In this document: piece after piece, positions 58,001 through 64,000 of the stretch
Layout: every line of letters begins with the position of its first letter
Numbering within the stretch: the stretch's first letter is position 1
Origin: a bacterium
GTDB taxonomy: Bacteria; Gemmatimonadota; Glassbacteria; GWA2-58-10
Reading direction: 5' to 3'
DNA: 64,000 nucleotides
NCBI GenBank assembly: GCA_021372515.1
Contig: JAJFUG010000180.1
Span: forward strand, 64,240 to 128,239
Program-made: the position numbers and the translations under genes
The notes under the pieces: model-generated
Database searches by the model: none
Told to the model about the DNA's origin: nothing
The model's input: only the letters and a program-made list of their open reading frames with translations

Positions 58001-58350
58001 TCCTGAACGCCGAGGGACAGACGCTCAAAGCCGGGGTCAGTCTCGACGGCGTGGCTGCCCTGCCGCGGGCTTTCAGCCTGGAGCAGAACTGCCCGAACCC
58101 GTTCAACCCCTCGACCAGCATCAGTTTCAGCCTGCCCGAGGGCCCGCAGGTCCAGGTCCGGCTGAGCGTGTACAACCTGAGAGGCCAATTGCTGAAGGTC
58201 CTGGTCAATGAGACCCGCGATCCGGGAAGTTACCAGGTCACCTGGGACGGCCGGGACGAGCGGGGACGGGCAGCGCCCTCAGGGGTCTATTTCTATCGAA
58301 TGGAGGCGGGGGATTTTGCCAGGATGCGTAAGATGATCCTTCTCAAATAG
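49027..58350 (+). CDS. Giant (3107-aa) cell-surface scaffoldin/adhesin-like protein: signal peptide, 3 cohesin-like modules, about 22 He_PIG/cadherin-like Ig repeats, unknown beta-rich region, type-I dockerin, and T9SS type-A C-terminal sorting domain
   Basis: Signal MLIKSKLLQLSTFLAVFLFTGFAYGQ with an aggagga RBS. Three modules each carry the cohesin hallmarks (IWLTYDNTKLSPTG...VRVAMAGSTPVNVGSESDLITVYFNV). Repeats of about 95 aa run NRPPVL...TDPDGDPLTLSASGLP.GASF...TG.FSWTP...G.Y.VTF.VSDG. Dockerin DLDGNGKVDVFDLLVLLRAL...DVNGDGKTDIWDLLVLLKVL. The CTD FSLEQNCPNPFNPSTSISFSLPEG...VYNLRGQLL...WDGRDERGRAAPSGVYFYRMEAG is nearly identical in architecture to the CTD of the upstream gene. Confidence 0.8.
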   Translation: MLIKSKLLQLSTFLAVFLFTGFAYGQVSLRVVDIPAAANGTTIGVVVKVGPASGVSSADIWLTYDNTKLSPTGTVSKGVQFGNFSIVSSTEAASEVRVAMAGSTPVNVGSESDLITVYFNVLTGSGSTTVDFSKNLLNGTNLTTTTQSGTVTFTALPAVNLSVQDYPNAAYQSVIGIPVKIGAYNDISSADIWLVYDPAKLQPTGTVNRGASFQAFSLSSSTANSGEVRVAMAGSSPVNITAASDLIVVYFKVLQASGTASIGFSKNLVNGGNFPTNVTSGTVSFVSQSTSFTLPIKVANPGETVSVDISAPSVTGVRGIDVWISYDPAVLAPASASLASELSAAGFSLQSNLSGAGLAKLALAVGTPATISGTVATIAFTVVGAGGQSTALGFNRLNINEGGIQATTQNGSVAINRAPVLSEIGNKSAVTGTPLTFSLQATDPDGDGIVFSATGLPTGATLNTETGEFSWTPSATGTFNITFKATDIHGIEDSETISVSVSQAHVNQAPVLSTEGVPTSTSVTVGGNVNYTFVATDPDSDPVSYQSSDLPAGASLNSGTGLFSWTPTAAGTASITFWATDGSLNSNTHTLTITVNAGAVPPPPPPPVNTPPVLNPIQNRSVAAGDVVSILAQATDANGDQLTYALSGNVLSAIPAPVFNTATGQFTWSTTAATIGGIYQATVTVSDGHGGVVSRSFTITVAGVNHPPVLGTLNNVTVNQGQVVSFTVTATDPDGDPLTLSASGAPLTATPAASFNAATGQFSWATSQAIQGNFTLTFTASDGKGGVATKSITVTVGSVNRPPVLNPIGGKTVVERETLEFNVSASDPDAGAQLLITTTPLPTGATFSYNVATHSGQFRFAPVLGQAGTYPVTFTVSDGQLAATETIQITVTQASVPPVIATIGNRTVNVGQRLAFQITATDPAGRSTVSLSLSGLPSGASFDPATGLFSFTPTQAGASTVTVTATGGGGATSTQTFTVTAVGVNRPPVFTPLAAQSVNTGAALQFTVQATDPDGDPVTLSATGSPLQSLGASFNPASGGFSWTPAAGTQGNYRVDFSAVDDKGGNSRMTLTITVGSVNRPPALSDVTNRQVNAGLPLIVTFTASDPDGNPLTLSTPVRPAGSVVTFSAGSGSFNWTPTSDQVGTHDVTLIVSDGSLTAEKKFTITVLKTNHPPTMAPLGNRTVSEGGRLDINVLASDPDNDPLLYFATGIPEGATFDASTGLFTFKPTYDQAGSYTVNFKVSDADGLSANQNVQIQVKDFNRPPVFGTLGNQTVEVGKLLEVMVSASDPDNDVLTFSARVPSGAAFDAQTRVLRWIPGAQDAGTRQATFSVSDGKGESVTRNISISVTTPNIVLNRPPLIDPVGAQVVEAGQSLSFSVSASDPEQSKVILTASGVPAGASFTSSTGAFKFTPTYLQAGSYSVTFTASDGQLTASLPVAITVVRSLNSAPVLSGVSNREVQAGQSLTFVVSASDPEGDQFTLGARNLPPGAVFNPGNGTFTYSPTMEQAGSYNVSFLATDFLGASSEKSMTLSVRAVNRPPEFVRSGNIAAAVGQLIELIVTANDPDGDPLVYSSSSAAALGAAFDTQSHILKWTPATPGTFGVNFKVEDGRGGSAVQTVLIAVSSPTVKLNLSPKFEPLQNYVLNAGGSLSFTVNASDPDGDNLVFGITKAPANASFNSTTRTFSFNPDLSQSGVFKPVFTVSDGKLTDQVSAEIEVKAVNRAPVLSGIPDRSVPEAGKLSFFVNAFDPDSDPLVRTADNLPENAGFNPQSGRFSFSPAVGQAGSYTVRFFAIDPKGASDTVTVSIQVLQVNLPPALGFLSNLEVTAGELAEIVLSASDPNDPLADLVFSASGLPQGAVFSAADRSFRWTPEVTQIGNFRVSFAVTDPAGLKDEKDIKITVKDPARFVDSPPVLASVGDRTVEEGSALSFTVTATDPDPGSTVTLTARNLPNGAAFSSAPGASSASGTFSFTPTMLQAGSYNVVFRASDGDFINEETVTITVTELDVAPVISVSPSQTAAVGQTLSIKVDGSDASGEPVVLSVQNSPMNSLFLTSAGRFAFTPSLEQAGQSFPVTFRVTDASGGYAEATCNISVSALNVAPELRRIPPLAISEGGLLEFSVVADDRNGDVLTYSAGNLPTGASFDAAVGIFRWMPAAGSAGNYSVSFSAADPAGLSDSRSVSITVGSVNRPPMLSDPGPQSAAEGQVLGFQVSASDPDGNPVTLSASGLPAGATFSDNGNGSGSFSWATTYRSNGSYQVVFSASDGSLSDQLRVPITIQDVNLPPTLDLAGGTLLAAAGMKFRHVEEGIRLAADVNDVQTFTVKEGEQVRVGIKVEDPGGDLLAVAVRNLPANASLGPDGMSILFAPDYDQAGDYLVLIEVSDGVFTVSRYAAFKVEDVNRPPVLRPVGERYVQEGMLISFEINAYDPDGDPITYAFSGLPGVATLVNNLFTFDTRLLPARQPVDAVYFLFRAFDGRGGSDWVGQDIAIIRPYTVGLGGTQLAAAVSPGDSIPLQMREGIGIQMALVNSGSGTYNTTGSIQVSEISGPLTEDVIKNLQGGGSSLLAVAASGGGKSKLTAAVTPIQLSAGGESGFFSIRRGWSVDLGGFSLTGQARPGVNDSIYLYLGFAFQDSDLVTQDPDLNGAFGTRMSIAAWDSVLGKFVLLEGVVDTLLNRVRLSIPLEVDTSRTALSAFGPIDLPRSVPRPRYKYFTAGAVLDYTPPSVEVQSKSFVTSRTEPYTILAKISDDLTGIARVDLIYTIAEQTDTVGMEQVSGVYQGEIPGQPIGANISYYVEAIDRDGNVSREPKVSGYLLNVSELGPTDLDGNGKVDVFDLLVLLRALTSHEDRDVNGDGKTDIWDLLVLLKVLSGKVQTALSGQPAGLEQMLNPSGKTAPEYKDDFGVRIDEAAQAAVARIVLEVSPEVGLGQVTVAPAAKGWQVVTSREGDRLTLLVFSLDGAPLAGGTLVNVDYLLGKGERLNESHVRLQEILVLNAEGQTLKAGVSLDGVAALPRAFSLEQNCPNPFNPSTSISFSLPEGPQVQVRLSVYNLRGQLLKVLVNETRDPGSYQVTWDGRDERGRAAPSGVYFYRMEAGDFARMRKMILLK
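49100..50270 (+). other. Three tandem cohesin-like modules (N-terminal region of the giant protein)
   Basis: Each module of about 130 aa has V.L.V....A..G..I.V.VK.G......S.DIWL.YD...L.PTG and a (S/A)(D/E)(A/S)GEVRVAMAGS.PVN...SDLI.VYF.VL pattern, typical of the cohesin beta-sandwich. Confidence 0.55.
50273..56515 (+). repeat. Array of about 22 tandem protein-level repeats (about 285 nt each) encoding He_PIG/cadherin-like (dystroglycan-type) Ig domains
   Basis: Repeats start with N(R/H/L)(P/A)P(V/A/T)L and contain (S/T)A(S/T)DPDGD(P)L...G.P.GA(S/T)F.....G.F.WTP....G.Y.V.F.(V/A)SDG. They are divergent at the nucleotide level. Confidence 0.7.
57496..57639 (+). other. Type-I dockerin module (two Ca-binding EF-hand-like repeats) within the giant protein
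   Basis: DLDGNGKVDVFDLLVLLRALTSHEDRDVNGDGKTDIWDLLVLLKVLSG has two D.(D/N)G(N/D)GK.D repeats, each followed by a DLL.LL helix. Confidence 0.7.
58069..58347 (+). other. T9SS type-A (FlgD-Ig-like, TIGR04183-type) C-terminal sorting domain of the giant protein
   Basis: AFSLEQNCPNPFNPSTSISFSLPEGPQVQVRLSVYNLRGQLLKVLVNETRDPGSYQVTWDGRDERGRAAPSGVYFYRMEAGDFARMRKMILLK. Confidence 0.75.
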
Positions 58351-58366
58351 CGGTTCCCGACCCGAA

Positions 58367-58403
58367 GCCTGCGCCTTTCTCTCCCTGAGAGGGAGGCGCA
58401 GGC
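58367..58403 (+). terminator. Hairpin downstream of the giant gene (possible terminator, weak U-tract)
   Basis: gcctgcgcctttctctccct-gaga-gggaggcgcaggc imperfect long stem followed by gttctgctcg. Confidence 0.35.
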
Positions 58404-58555
58404 GTTCTGCTCGATCCAACGACCCGACACATTGCCCTCAGCCTGGAAAGAGGAGCGGCGAGCCGGGAGAGTTTGTAAATCAGGGAGCGAAAAATAAAAC
58501 CGGGTTCCGTAATGTTCCCCGGAGCCTTCTGTGCCGGTTTTGAACTTCTTGAAAG

Positions 58556-59791
58556 ATGACAATGCCGGAAAGAATAAAAAGAATACTGGTTCTGACAGTT
58601 GTTCTGGCGCTGGCCGCGGTGGTCCCGGCGGACCGTCTCCAGGCGGCTTTCCAGGTCCCGGCGGCAAAAACGGCCGGAATAAGCTCCAATTTCTATGTGG
58701 GGACTCTGCTGGGCTACAATGACAACCTTTTTCTGGACAGCACGGACACCCAGGCGGTTTTCAGCCAGCACCTGGTGCCGCATTTCGACCTGGACTACCG
58801 CACGCGGCGGCTCAGCGTGAACCTGGACTACACGGGCGATTACAGCTGGTACAGTGCGGGCGGGGACAGGACCAAGAACGCCCTGCACTACACGCGTCTC
58901 GGGTCTGACTGGAACTGGCACCGTGACCTGAGCCTGCAGTTCTTCGGCGACCTCAGCGAGCGGCCCATCGACCTGACCAAGGGTGGAGGGGTGCTGACCT
59001 CGGCCTTGAACGTAGGCGGTTTTTTCCGGCCCCCGGCGATCAACAGCGTCCTGACCCGCACTGTCGGGCTGGGCCAGCACTATTTCCGGCGGCTGAACAG
59101 CCGGCTGCAGCTGGAGGCCTCCTACGGCGCGAGCGACATGCAGACCGACCGGAAATACGGGCGGGATGTGTTCCAGCACGGGGCTTCCGGCAAGTTGCTT
59201 TACACCTGGAGCAAGCGGCTGGACCTGGCCCTGCGTTTCGCCGTGCAGAACCAGAACTACGAGGGCGGCATCCGGCGGCGTAATTCCAGCCTGGTGCTGG
59301 AGGCTGACTATGCCATCACCCCGCGCACCTCTCTTTTCGGGGCGGCCGGGGTGGAGGACCTGAAACTGCGGAACCCCGGGCCAGGCCTGAGAGCGGGCAA
59401 CGCCCGGGCCTACCTGGAGGCCGGGGTGAGTTTCGACCGGATCCCGCGCACGAGCCTGGCCCTGTCCGTCAGCCGGCGGCTGCTGTCCGACATCAGCGCC
59501 AACCTGTACACCTTGACCGAGGTCGCTGTCCGGGCCAACCACGAGTTGAGCCGTCGGGTCGAGCTGTCCGGGGCGCTCTACTCCAGGAGCCTGTCCCTGG
59601 ACCAGGTGGAGCAGCGGCTGAACGATTACATCCTCGGCTCCGAGTTACAGATCACCTATCGCATCTCGCGGGACCTGCAGCCGATGGTGAACCTCAACTA
59701 TGTGGTCAACGCCGGGGAGTTCCGGCCGAACGATTTCGCCAATTTCCGCCTGAACACCGGGCTACGCTACTACTTCTTTGCCCTCAACTGA
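58556..59791 (+). CDS. Outer-membrane beta-barrel protein associated with the polysaccharide-export locus
   Basis: Signal MTMPERIKRILVLTVVLALAAVVP. Alternating amphipathic beta-strand pattern and a C-terminal aromatic-rich strand LRYYFFALN. Sits directly upstream of the PHP phosphatase, wza and wzc. Confidence 0.55.
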   Translation: MTMPERIKRILVLTVVLALAAVVPADRLQAAFQVPAAKTAGISSNFYVGTLLGYNDNLFLDSTDTQAVFSQHLVPHFDLDYRTRRLSVNLDYTGDYSWYSAGGDRTKNALHYTRLGSDWNWHRDLSLQFFGDLSERPIDLTKGGGVLTSALNVGGFFRPPAINSVLTRTVGLGQHYFRRLNSRLQLEASYGASDMQTDRKYGRDVFQHGASGKLLYTWSKRLDLALRFAVQNQNYEGGIRRRNSSLVLEADYAITPRTSLFGAAGVEDLKLRNPGPGLRAGNARAYLEAGVSFDRIPRTSLALSVSRRLLSDISANLYTLTEVAVRANHELSRRVELSGALYSRSLSLDQVEQRLNDYILGSELQITYRISRDLQPMVNLNYVVNAGEFRPNDFANFRLNTGLRYYFFALN

Positions 59792-59840
59792 GGGAGTTGG
59801 AGAACCGCCTCTCCATCGACCGGAACTGCAAGGGAACATT

Positions 59841-60437
59841 ATGGAACTGAAGGCCGATCTGCACATCCACTCCGAGTACTCCTTCGACTGCCGTCTGAAG
59901 CTGGAAGAGATCGCCAGGCAGGCTGTCCGGCGGGGCCTCGATATCGTGGCCGTGACCGACCACGGCACTCTGGAAGGCAGCCTGAGGCTGCGTGAGCAGG
60001 TCGCCTCCAGTGGCGCCGGGCTTCAGGTGGTGGTAGGCTGTGAGATAACGACCGAGGCGGGCGATATCCTGGGGCTTTTTCTGGAGCGGGAGATCCGTTC
60101 AAGCCGTGCACTCGATGTCATCGCGGAGATAAAAGACATGGGCGGCGTGAGCGTCCTGGCCCACCCATACCGGGCCGGTGAGCCCTCCCGTGACGTGCTG
60201 GAGGCGGTGGATGCAGTCGAGATCTACAACGGCCGCAGCAGCAAGGTCCAAAACTATCTGGCGCAGGTGCTGGCCCTGCGGCTACAGAAACCGGGGCTTT
60301 CGGGCAGCGACGCCCATGTGCCGGATGAGGTCGGCTGCGCCTACACTCTTCTGGATGATATGCCGGAAATCGGAAAGGCCTCATTCAAGGGGTGCGAACT
60401 CCTTAACAGTTGCCTGGGAGTGAGGCTGAATGTTTAG
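59841..60437 (+). CDS. PHP-domain phosphoesterase, likely CpsB/YwqE-type Mn-dependent protein-tyrosine phosphatase partner of the BY-kinase
   Basis: ADLHIHSEYSFDCRLKLEEIARQAVRRGLDIVAVTDHGTL carries PHP motif I/II histidines; later HPYR and GSDAHV motifs. The track ORF starts further upstream at 59778; ATG at 59841 is chosen. Context with Wza and Wzc. Confidence 0.65.
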   Translation: MELKADLHIHSEYSFDCRLKLEEIARQAVRRGLDIVAVTDHGTLEGSLRLREQVASSGAGLQVVVGCEITTEAGDILGLFLEREIRSSRALDVIAEIKDMGGVSVLAHPYRAGEPSRDVLEAVDAVEIYNGRSSKVQNYLAQVLALRLQKPGLSGSDAHVPDEVGCAYTLLDDMPEIGKASFKGCELLNSCLGVRLNV

Positions 60438-61425
60438 AGTGTACTCTCGGATAAGGTCCGCTGCGGGCCGGATGGAGCGCCGGATCATGAGAATTTCCCT
60501 CGATCGGCCTGGATTGTCGCGCCGGACTGGGCAATGTATCCGCCTGGTTGTCTGCCTGATCCTGTGCAGCCTCGCAACCCCTGTTCTGACTGTTGCGGCC
60601 GGTGAGCCCTCAGGTTCGGATGCCTACGTTCTGGGGGTGGGGGACATCCTGCACATCACGGTCCTGGATGAGCCGGACCTGACCGGCAGTTTCCAGGTCT
60701 CCTCGGCCGGCAACATCAGCTACCCTTTCCTGGGCAACCTGCCGGTCAAAGGCCTGACCGTCGAGGAACTCGACCAGTACCTGGTGCTGAAACTGAGCCA
60801 GGACTACCTGGTCAACCCGGTGGTGACAGTCAGCGTGGAGAGCTACCAGAGCAAGAAAGTCTATGTCCAGGGCGAGGTGGCCAAGCCGGGGGTCTATTAC
60901 CTCAAGGAGCGCACCGGGGTGCTGAACCTTCTGCTGGAATCCGGCGGCACCACCCGGGACGCCTCGGAGGAGATCGTCATCCTGCGCTCCGCGGGCGGCT
61001 CTCACGGCGGAAGCGACTCCGCCTCGGCCGAGGATTTCGAGCAGATACACATCAACCTCAAGGAACTGCTGAGCGGCGACCAGAGCCAGAACGTGCAGGT
61101 GCAAAATGGGGACATCCTGTACGTGGCCAATGCCAGCGGCGGGCAGTTCCGGACCGAGGGCCGCTTCGTCAACATCATGGGCGAGGTGAAAAAGCCCGGC
61201 AACTACGATTACCGCCTGGGTCTGACTGTCCTGAACGCGATCCTCGAAGCCGGCGGGTTCACCGAGTACGCAGCCAAGAACAAGGTCAAGGTCATAAAGA
61301 AAGTGGGAGACAAGCAGAAAGTCCTGATCGCCAGGCTGGACGACCTGGTCAAGAGCGGCAGTCTGGAAGAGGACATGCTGCTCGACCCGGGCGACCTGGT
61401 GGTGGTTCCGCAGAGCCTGTTCTAA
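60430..61425 (+). CDS. wza: Polysaccharide export protein Wza/KpsD family (Poly_export plus SLBB domains)
   Basis: YVLGVGDILHITVLDEPDLTGSFQVSSAGNISYPFLGNLPVKGLTVEEL is the Poly_export motif, followed by two SLBB-like segments. Alternative ATG starts at 60472 and 60487 give a cleaner signal peptide. Confidence 0.8.
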   Translation: MFRVYSRIRSAAGRMERRIMRISLDRPGLSRRTGQCIRLVVCLILCSLATPVLTVAAGEPSGSDAYVLGVGDILHITVLDEPDLTGSFQVSSAGNISYPFLGNLPVKGLTVEELDQYLVLKLSQDYLVNPVVTVSVESYQSKKVYVQGEVAKPGVYYLKERTGVLNLLLESGGTTRDASEEIVILRSAGGSHGGSDSASAEDFEQIHINLKELLSGDQSQNVQVQNGDILYVANASGGQFRTEGRFVNIMGEVKKPGNYDYRLGLTVLNAILEAGGFTEYAAKNKVKVIKKVGDKQKVLIARLDDLVKSGSLEEDMLLDPGDLVVVPQSLF

Positions 61426-61446
61426 CCCTTGCACGGGATAGGGGTC

Positions 61447-63432
61447 ATGTACAACGAACAAGAAGAAAGCCGGATCGAGAACATCCACCTGCTGGACTAC
61501 TGGAAAGTGGTGCGCAAGCACCTCAACCTGGGCCTGACCGTTTTCTCGGTCATCGTTGCCGGGACGCTTCTGTATCTATTCACCGCCACACCGATCTACG
61601 AGGCCGTCTCCCGTATTCTGATCACCGAGGACCTCTCCCGCACGGTGATGGGGGCGGAGCTGGCCCAGAGCATTTTCAGCGACCAGTTGCGCTTCGAGAC
61701 CGAGCTTCAGATCCTGAAGGGCGACCCGGTCTACGACGGGGTGATCCAGAGCCTGCGGCTCTGCCCGGAGGGCAAAGGGAGCCCGGAATACGAGCGGACC
61801 CTGAACGGCCTGAAAGGGCGGGTCGTATGCTCGCGCCTGCGCAACACCCGCCTTCTGGAGGTCAAGGCCGCCTCGGCCTCGCCCGATACGGCGGCGCTTC
61901 TTGCCAACACGCTCGTCTCGGTCTACATGAACGCCTACCGGACCCGTCAGCTGGAGTCCTCGCGCAACACCGCCTCCTGGCTCAACCAGCAGCTGCTGGA
62001 CCTGGAATACAAGGTCAAGCAGTCGCAGCAGGAGCTGCTGGACTACATCAGCGCCGAACGGATCACTTTCGTCTCGGACGGCACCGGCCTGGAGAGCGAG
62101 CTTAAAACCGACCTGTTCAAGGCCCCGGACGAGACACTGCTCGACGACATACACGCCCGCCTGATCCAGGCCAAGCTTGAGCGCGACGACATTCTGCAGC
62201 GCTACAAGGGCAAGCACCCCAAGGTCCAGCAGGCGGACGCCAAAGTCGCTTCCCTGGAGCGCGAGTACGCCCAGGAGAAAGTCCGCCTGGAATCCGAGCG
62301 CAACCTCCTGACCAACAAGATTATCGAGGCCCGGCGTAAGGCAGTCCGGCACGACATCCTCAAGCGCCAGGTCGACACGAACAAGGAGCTTTACAACCTG
62401 TTCATCAAGAAGATGCAGGAGGTGGACCTGTCCCAGGGCCTGGGCGAGGGCGACATCAAGGTGGTGGAGTCCGCCGTGCCGCCGATGCTGCCGGACAAAC
62501 CAAAGAAAAGGCTGGTCCTCCTGATAGGCGTGCTGCTGGGGCTCAGCCTCGGGGTGGGGAGCACTTTCCTGGTCGAGTACCTGGACCGCTCGCTCAAGTC
62601 CAAGGAGGAGATAGAGGCCCTGACCGGCCTGCCCGTGCTCTCCTCGATCAGCCTGCAGAGCGTGGCGGACAAGGGCGCCTTCGATTACCGGACTTATTTC
62701 GGGGACAGGGATTACCGCAAGGAGCATGAGCTTTTCCGGGTGCTCAGGGCCAACATCAAGTTCTCCGACCTGAAGCAGAAGTCCAGGATACTTCTGGTCA
62801 CCAGTAGTTGCCCGGGCGAGGGCAAGACCACTGTCTCCAGCCGTCTGGCCCTGAACCTGGCCGCGGCCGGCGAGCGGGTGCTGTTGGTGGACGCCGACCT
62901 ACGCAAGCCGCGCGTGCACAAGATATTCGGCCTGGAGAACAAGCGCGGTCTGACCAACATGATGGTCGAGGAAATGCCGGATTTCTCGTTCATCCACCCG
63001 GAGCTGACCGCCGGCCTGGACGTGCTCAACTGCGGCCCCCTGCCGGCCCAGCCCGCCGAGCTCATCGAGAACTCGCGCTTCGGAGCTCTCATCAAGGAAC
63101 TGGCCGGCCGCTACGACCGGATCATCATCGACAGCCCGCCCGTGGCCACGGTCATCGATGCGGCGCTCATAGCCACTTTCTGCGACAGCGTGCTGCTGGT
63201 GATCGACCCGCGCACCACCGACCGCCAGGTGCTGCGCCAGGCCCAGACCCAGCTTGAAAAGGCCGGCATCAGGATCCTCGGCCTGGTCCTGAACAAGATC
63301 GCCCACGAGGAAGAGGGCTATTACTACTACTCGTACTACTACTACGAGGACAGCGCCACGGGTGACCGGAAGAAACGCACCCACCGTAAAAAGCGCTCCG
63401 CAGAGAAGCAGAAGGAAGAAGTCACGGTCTGA
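61447..63432 (+). CDS. wzc: Wzc-like polysaccharide co-polymerase / BY tyrosine autokinase with C-terminal tyrosine cluster
   Basis: Wzz-like N-terminal TM (LTVFSVIVAGTLLYLF), a periplasmic coiled coil, a second TM, Walker A SSCPGEGKTTVSS, Walker A' VLLVDADLRKP, Walker B VIDSPP and the Y-cluster EEEGYYYYSYYYYED. ATG at 61447. Confidence 0.85.
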   Translation: MYNEQEESRIENIHLLDYWKVVRKHLNLGLTVFSVIVAGTLLYLFTATPIYEAVSRILITEDLSRTVMGAELAQSIFSDQLRFETELQILKGDPVYDGVIQSLRLCPEGKGSPEYERTLNGLKGRVVCSRLRNTRLLEVKAASASPDTAALLANTLVSVYMNAYRTRQLESSRNTASWLNQQLLDLEYKVKQSQQELLDYISAERITFVSDGTGLESELKTDLFKAPDETLLDDIHARLIQAKLERDDILQRYKGKHPKVQQADAKVASLEREYAQEKVRLESERNLLTNKIIEARRKAVRHDILKRQVDTNKELYNLFIKKMQEVDLSQGLGEGDIKVVESAVPPMLPDKPKKRLVLLIGVLLGLSLGVGSTFLVEYLDRSLKSKEEIEALTGLPVLSSISLQSVADKGAFDYRTYFGDRDYRKEHELFRVLRANIKFSDLKQKSRILLVTSSCPGEGKTTVSSRLALNLAAAGERVLLVDADLRKPRVHKIFGLENKRGLTNMMVEEMPDFSFIHPELTAGLDVLNCGPLPAQPAELIENSRFGALIKELAGRYDRIIIDSPPVATVIDAALIATFCDSVLLVIDPRTTDRQVLRQAQTQLEKAGIRILGLVLNKIAHEEEGYYYYSYYYYEDSATGDRKKRTHRKKRSAEKQKEEVTV

Positions 63433-63462
63433 GCCTTATTTGGACTAAAGCTAAGGAAACGC

Positions 63463-64000
63463 ATGCCGCCGAACCCTGAAAATACACTTCCCCGGCTCCT
63501 GGGCTGGACTGCGGAGGGACTCTTCTACGCCCTGCTTCTGTTTGCGGTCTTCAGCCACGGGGCGGTCGAGGCCTGGTCTCTGTCGATGAGCCACCTGATG
63601 GTCTGCGCAGTTGCGCTGCTGTCTGCCGCAGGCCTCCTGGCCTCTGGGGAAAGGTGGGTGCGCCTGCCGCTCCTGTGCTGGCTCCTGCTGGCCCTGCTGC
63701 TCTGGGGGATGGTCTCCTGGGGCTGGTTCTCCATCTATCGTCAGGCCAGCCTGGAGAGCCTGCTCAAGCTCAACGATTACCTTCTGGTCGCCTTTTTCGT
63801 GTACAGCCGTTTCGTCAGGGAGGCGGACCAGAAACGGCTCGTCCTGACCCTGACTCTATTGGGAGTACTGGTGGCCGGCTGGGGCCTGATCCGCTATTTC
63901 GCCGTCTCCCAGGGCCTGCTTTCCCGTCTGGGCAACGAGTCGGTCGGGGCGACCGCGCCCTATGTCAACCACAACCATTTCGCCGGCTGTCTGGAACTGA
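63463..64000 (+). CDS. O-antigen ligase / Wzy-like polymerase family membrane protein (N-terminal part; runs off the window end)
   Basis: Open frame from the ATG at 63463 with no stop to the window end. Multiple TM helices and a YVNHNHFAGCLE motif typical of O-antigen ligase-like proteins. Not in the ORF track because it has no stop. Confidence 0.6.
   Translation, partial: MPPNPENTLPRLLGWTAEGLFYALLLFAVFSHGAVEAWSLSMSHLMVCAVALLSAAGLLASGERWVRLPLLCWLLLALLLWGMVSWGWFSIYRQASLESLLKLNDYLLVAFFVYSRFVREADQKRLVLTLTLLGVLVAGWGLIRYFAVSQGLLSRLGNESVGATAPYVNHNHFAGCLEL

Overview
High-GC (about 65-70%) bacterial chromosomal segment. Gene orders are Bacillus-like, several secreted proteins end in T9SS type-A (FlgD-Ig-like) sorting domains, and there is one low-GC (about 45-50%) island. 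Five blocks can be read directly from the sequence. 1-12.9 kb holds housekeeping genes: hemW 3' end, hrcA, dnaJ, rsmE, an orphan CheZ-like phosphatase, rpsU, mutS2, dnaG, rpoD, two tRNAs, a COG1579 zinc-ribbon gene and RNase P RNA. 13.3-29.8 kb holds recJ, rsmD, coaD, then rimP-nusA-infB-DUF503-rbfA-truB-ribF-rpsO-pnp-M16 peptidase (B. subtilis nusA/pnp order but no ylxR/ylxQ), ksgA, and an orphan FliN/SpoA-domain gene with a small membrane protein. 29.9-40.2 kb holds a glycan-degradation pair (GH92 alpha-mannosidase, GH20 beta-hexosaminidase) and a TetR-controlled TolC/HlyD/ABC (MacAB-like) efflux operon on the minus strand. 40.2-46.4 kb is a low-GC island: a CheY-like receiver converging on a 1192-aa cytoplasmic GAF/PAS sensor kinase-like protein whose H-box and G1 box look degenerate, an AraC-family regulator and a small secreted protein. 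46.5-58.4 kb is the most unusual locus. It encodes an 837-aa secreted alpha/alpha-toroid + cohesin-like + T9SS-CTD protein, followed by a 3107-aa surface protein with three N-terminal cohesin-like modules, about 22 tandem He_PIG/cadherin-like Ig repeats, a type-I dockerin and a T9SS-type C-terminal sorting domain. Having cohesin and dockerin modules together suggests a cellulosome-like, possibly self-associating, surface scaffold in a non-Firmicute lineage. The last block (58.5-64 kb) is an exopolysaccharide export locus: OM beta-barrel, PHP-type tyrosine phosphatase, Wza, Wzc BY-kinase with a Y-cluster, and a partial O-antigen-ligase-like protein. No CRISPR, transposase or phage genes were seen. 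Many long antisense ORFs in the track are GC-driven artefacts.
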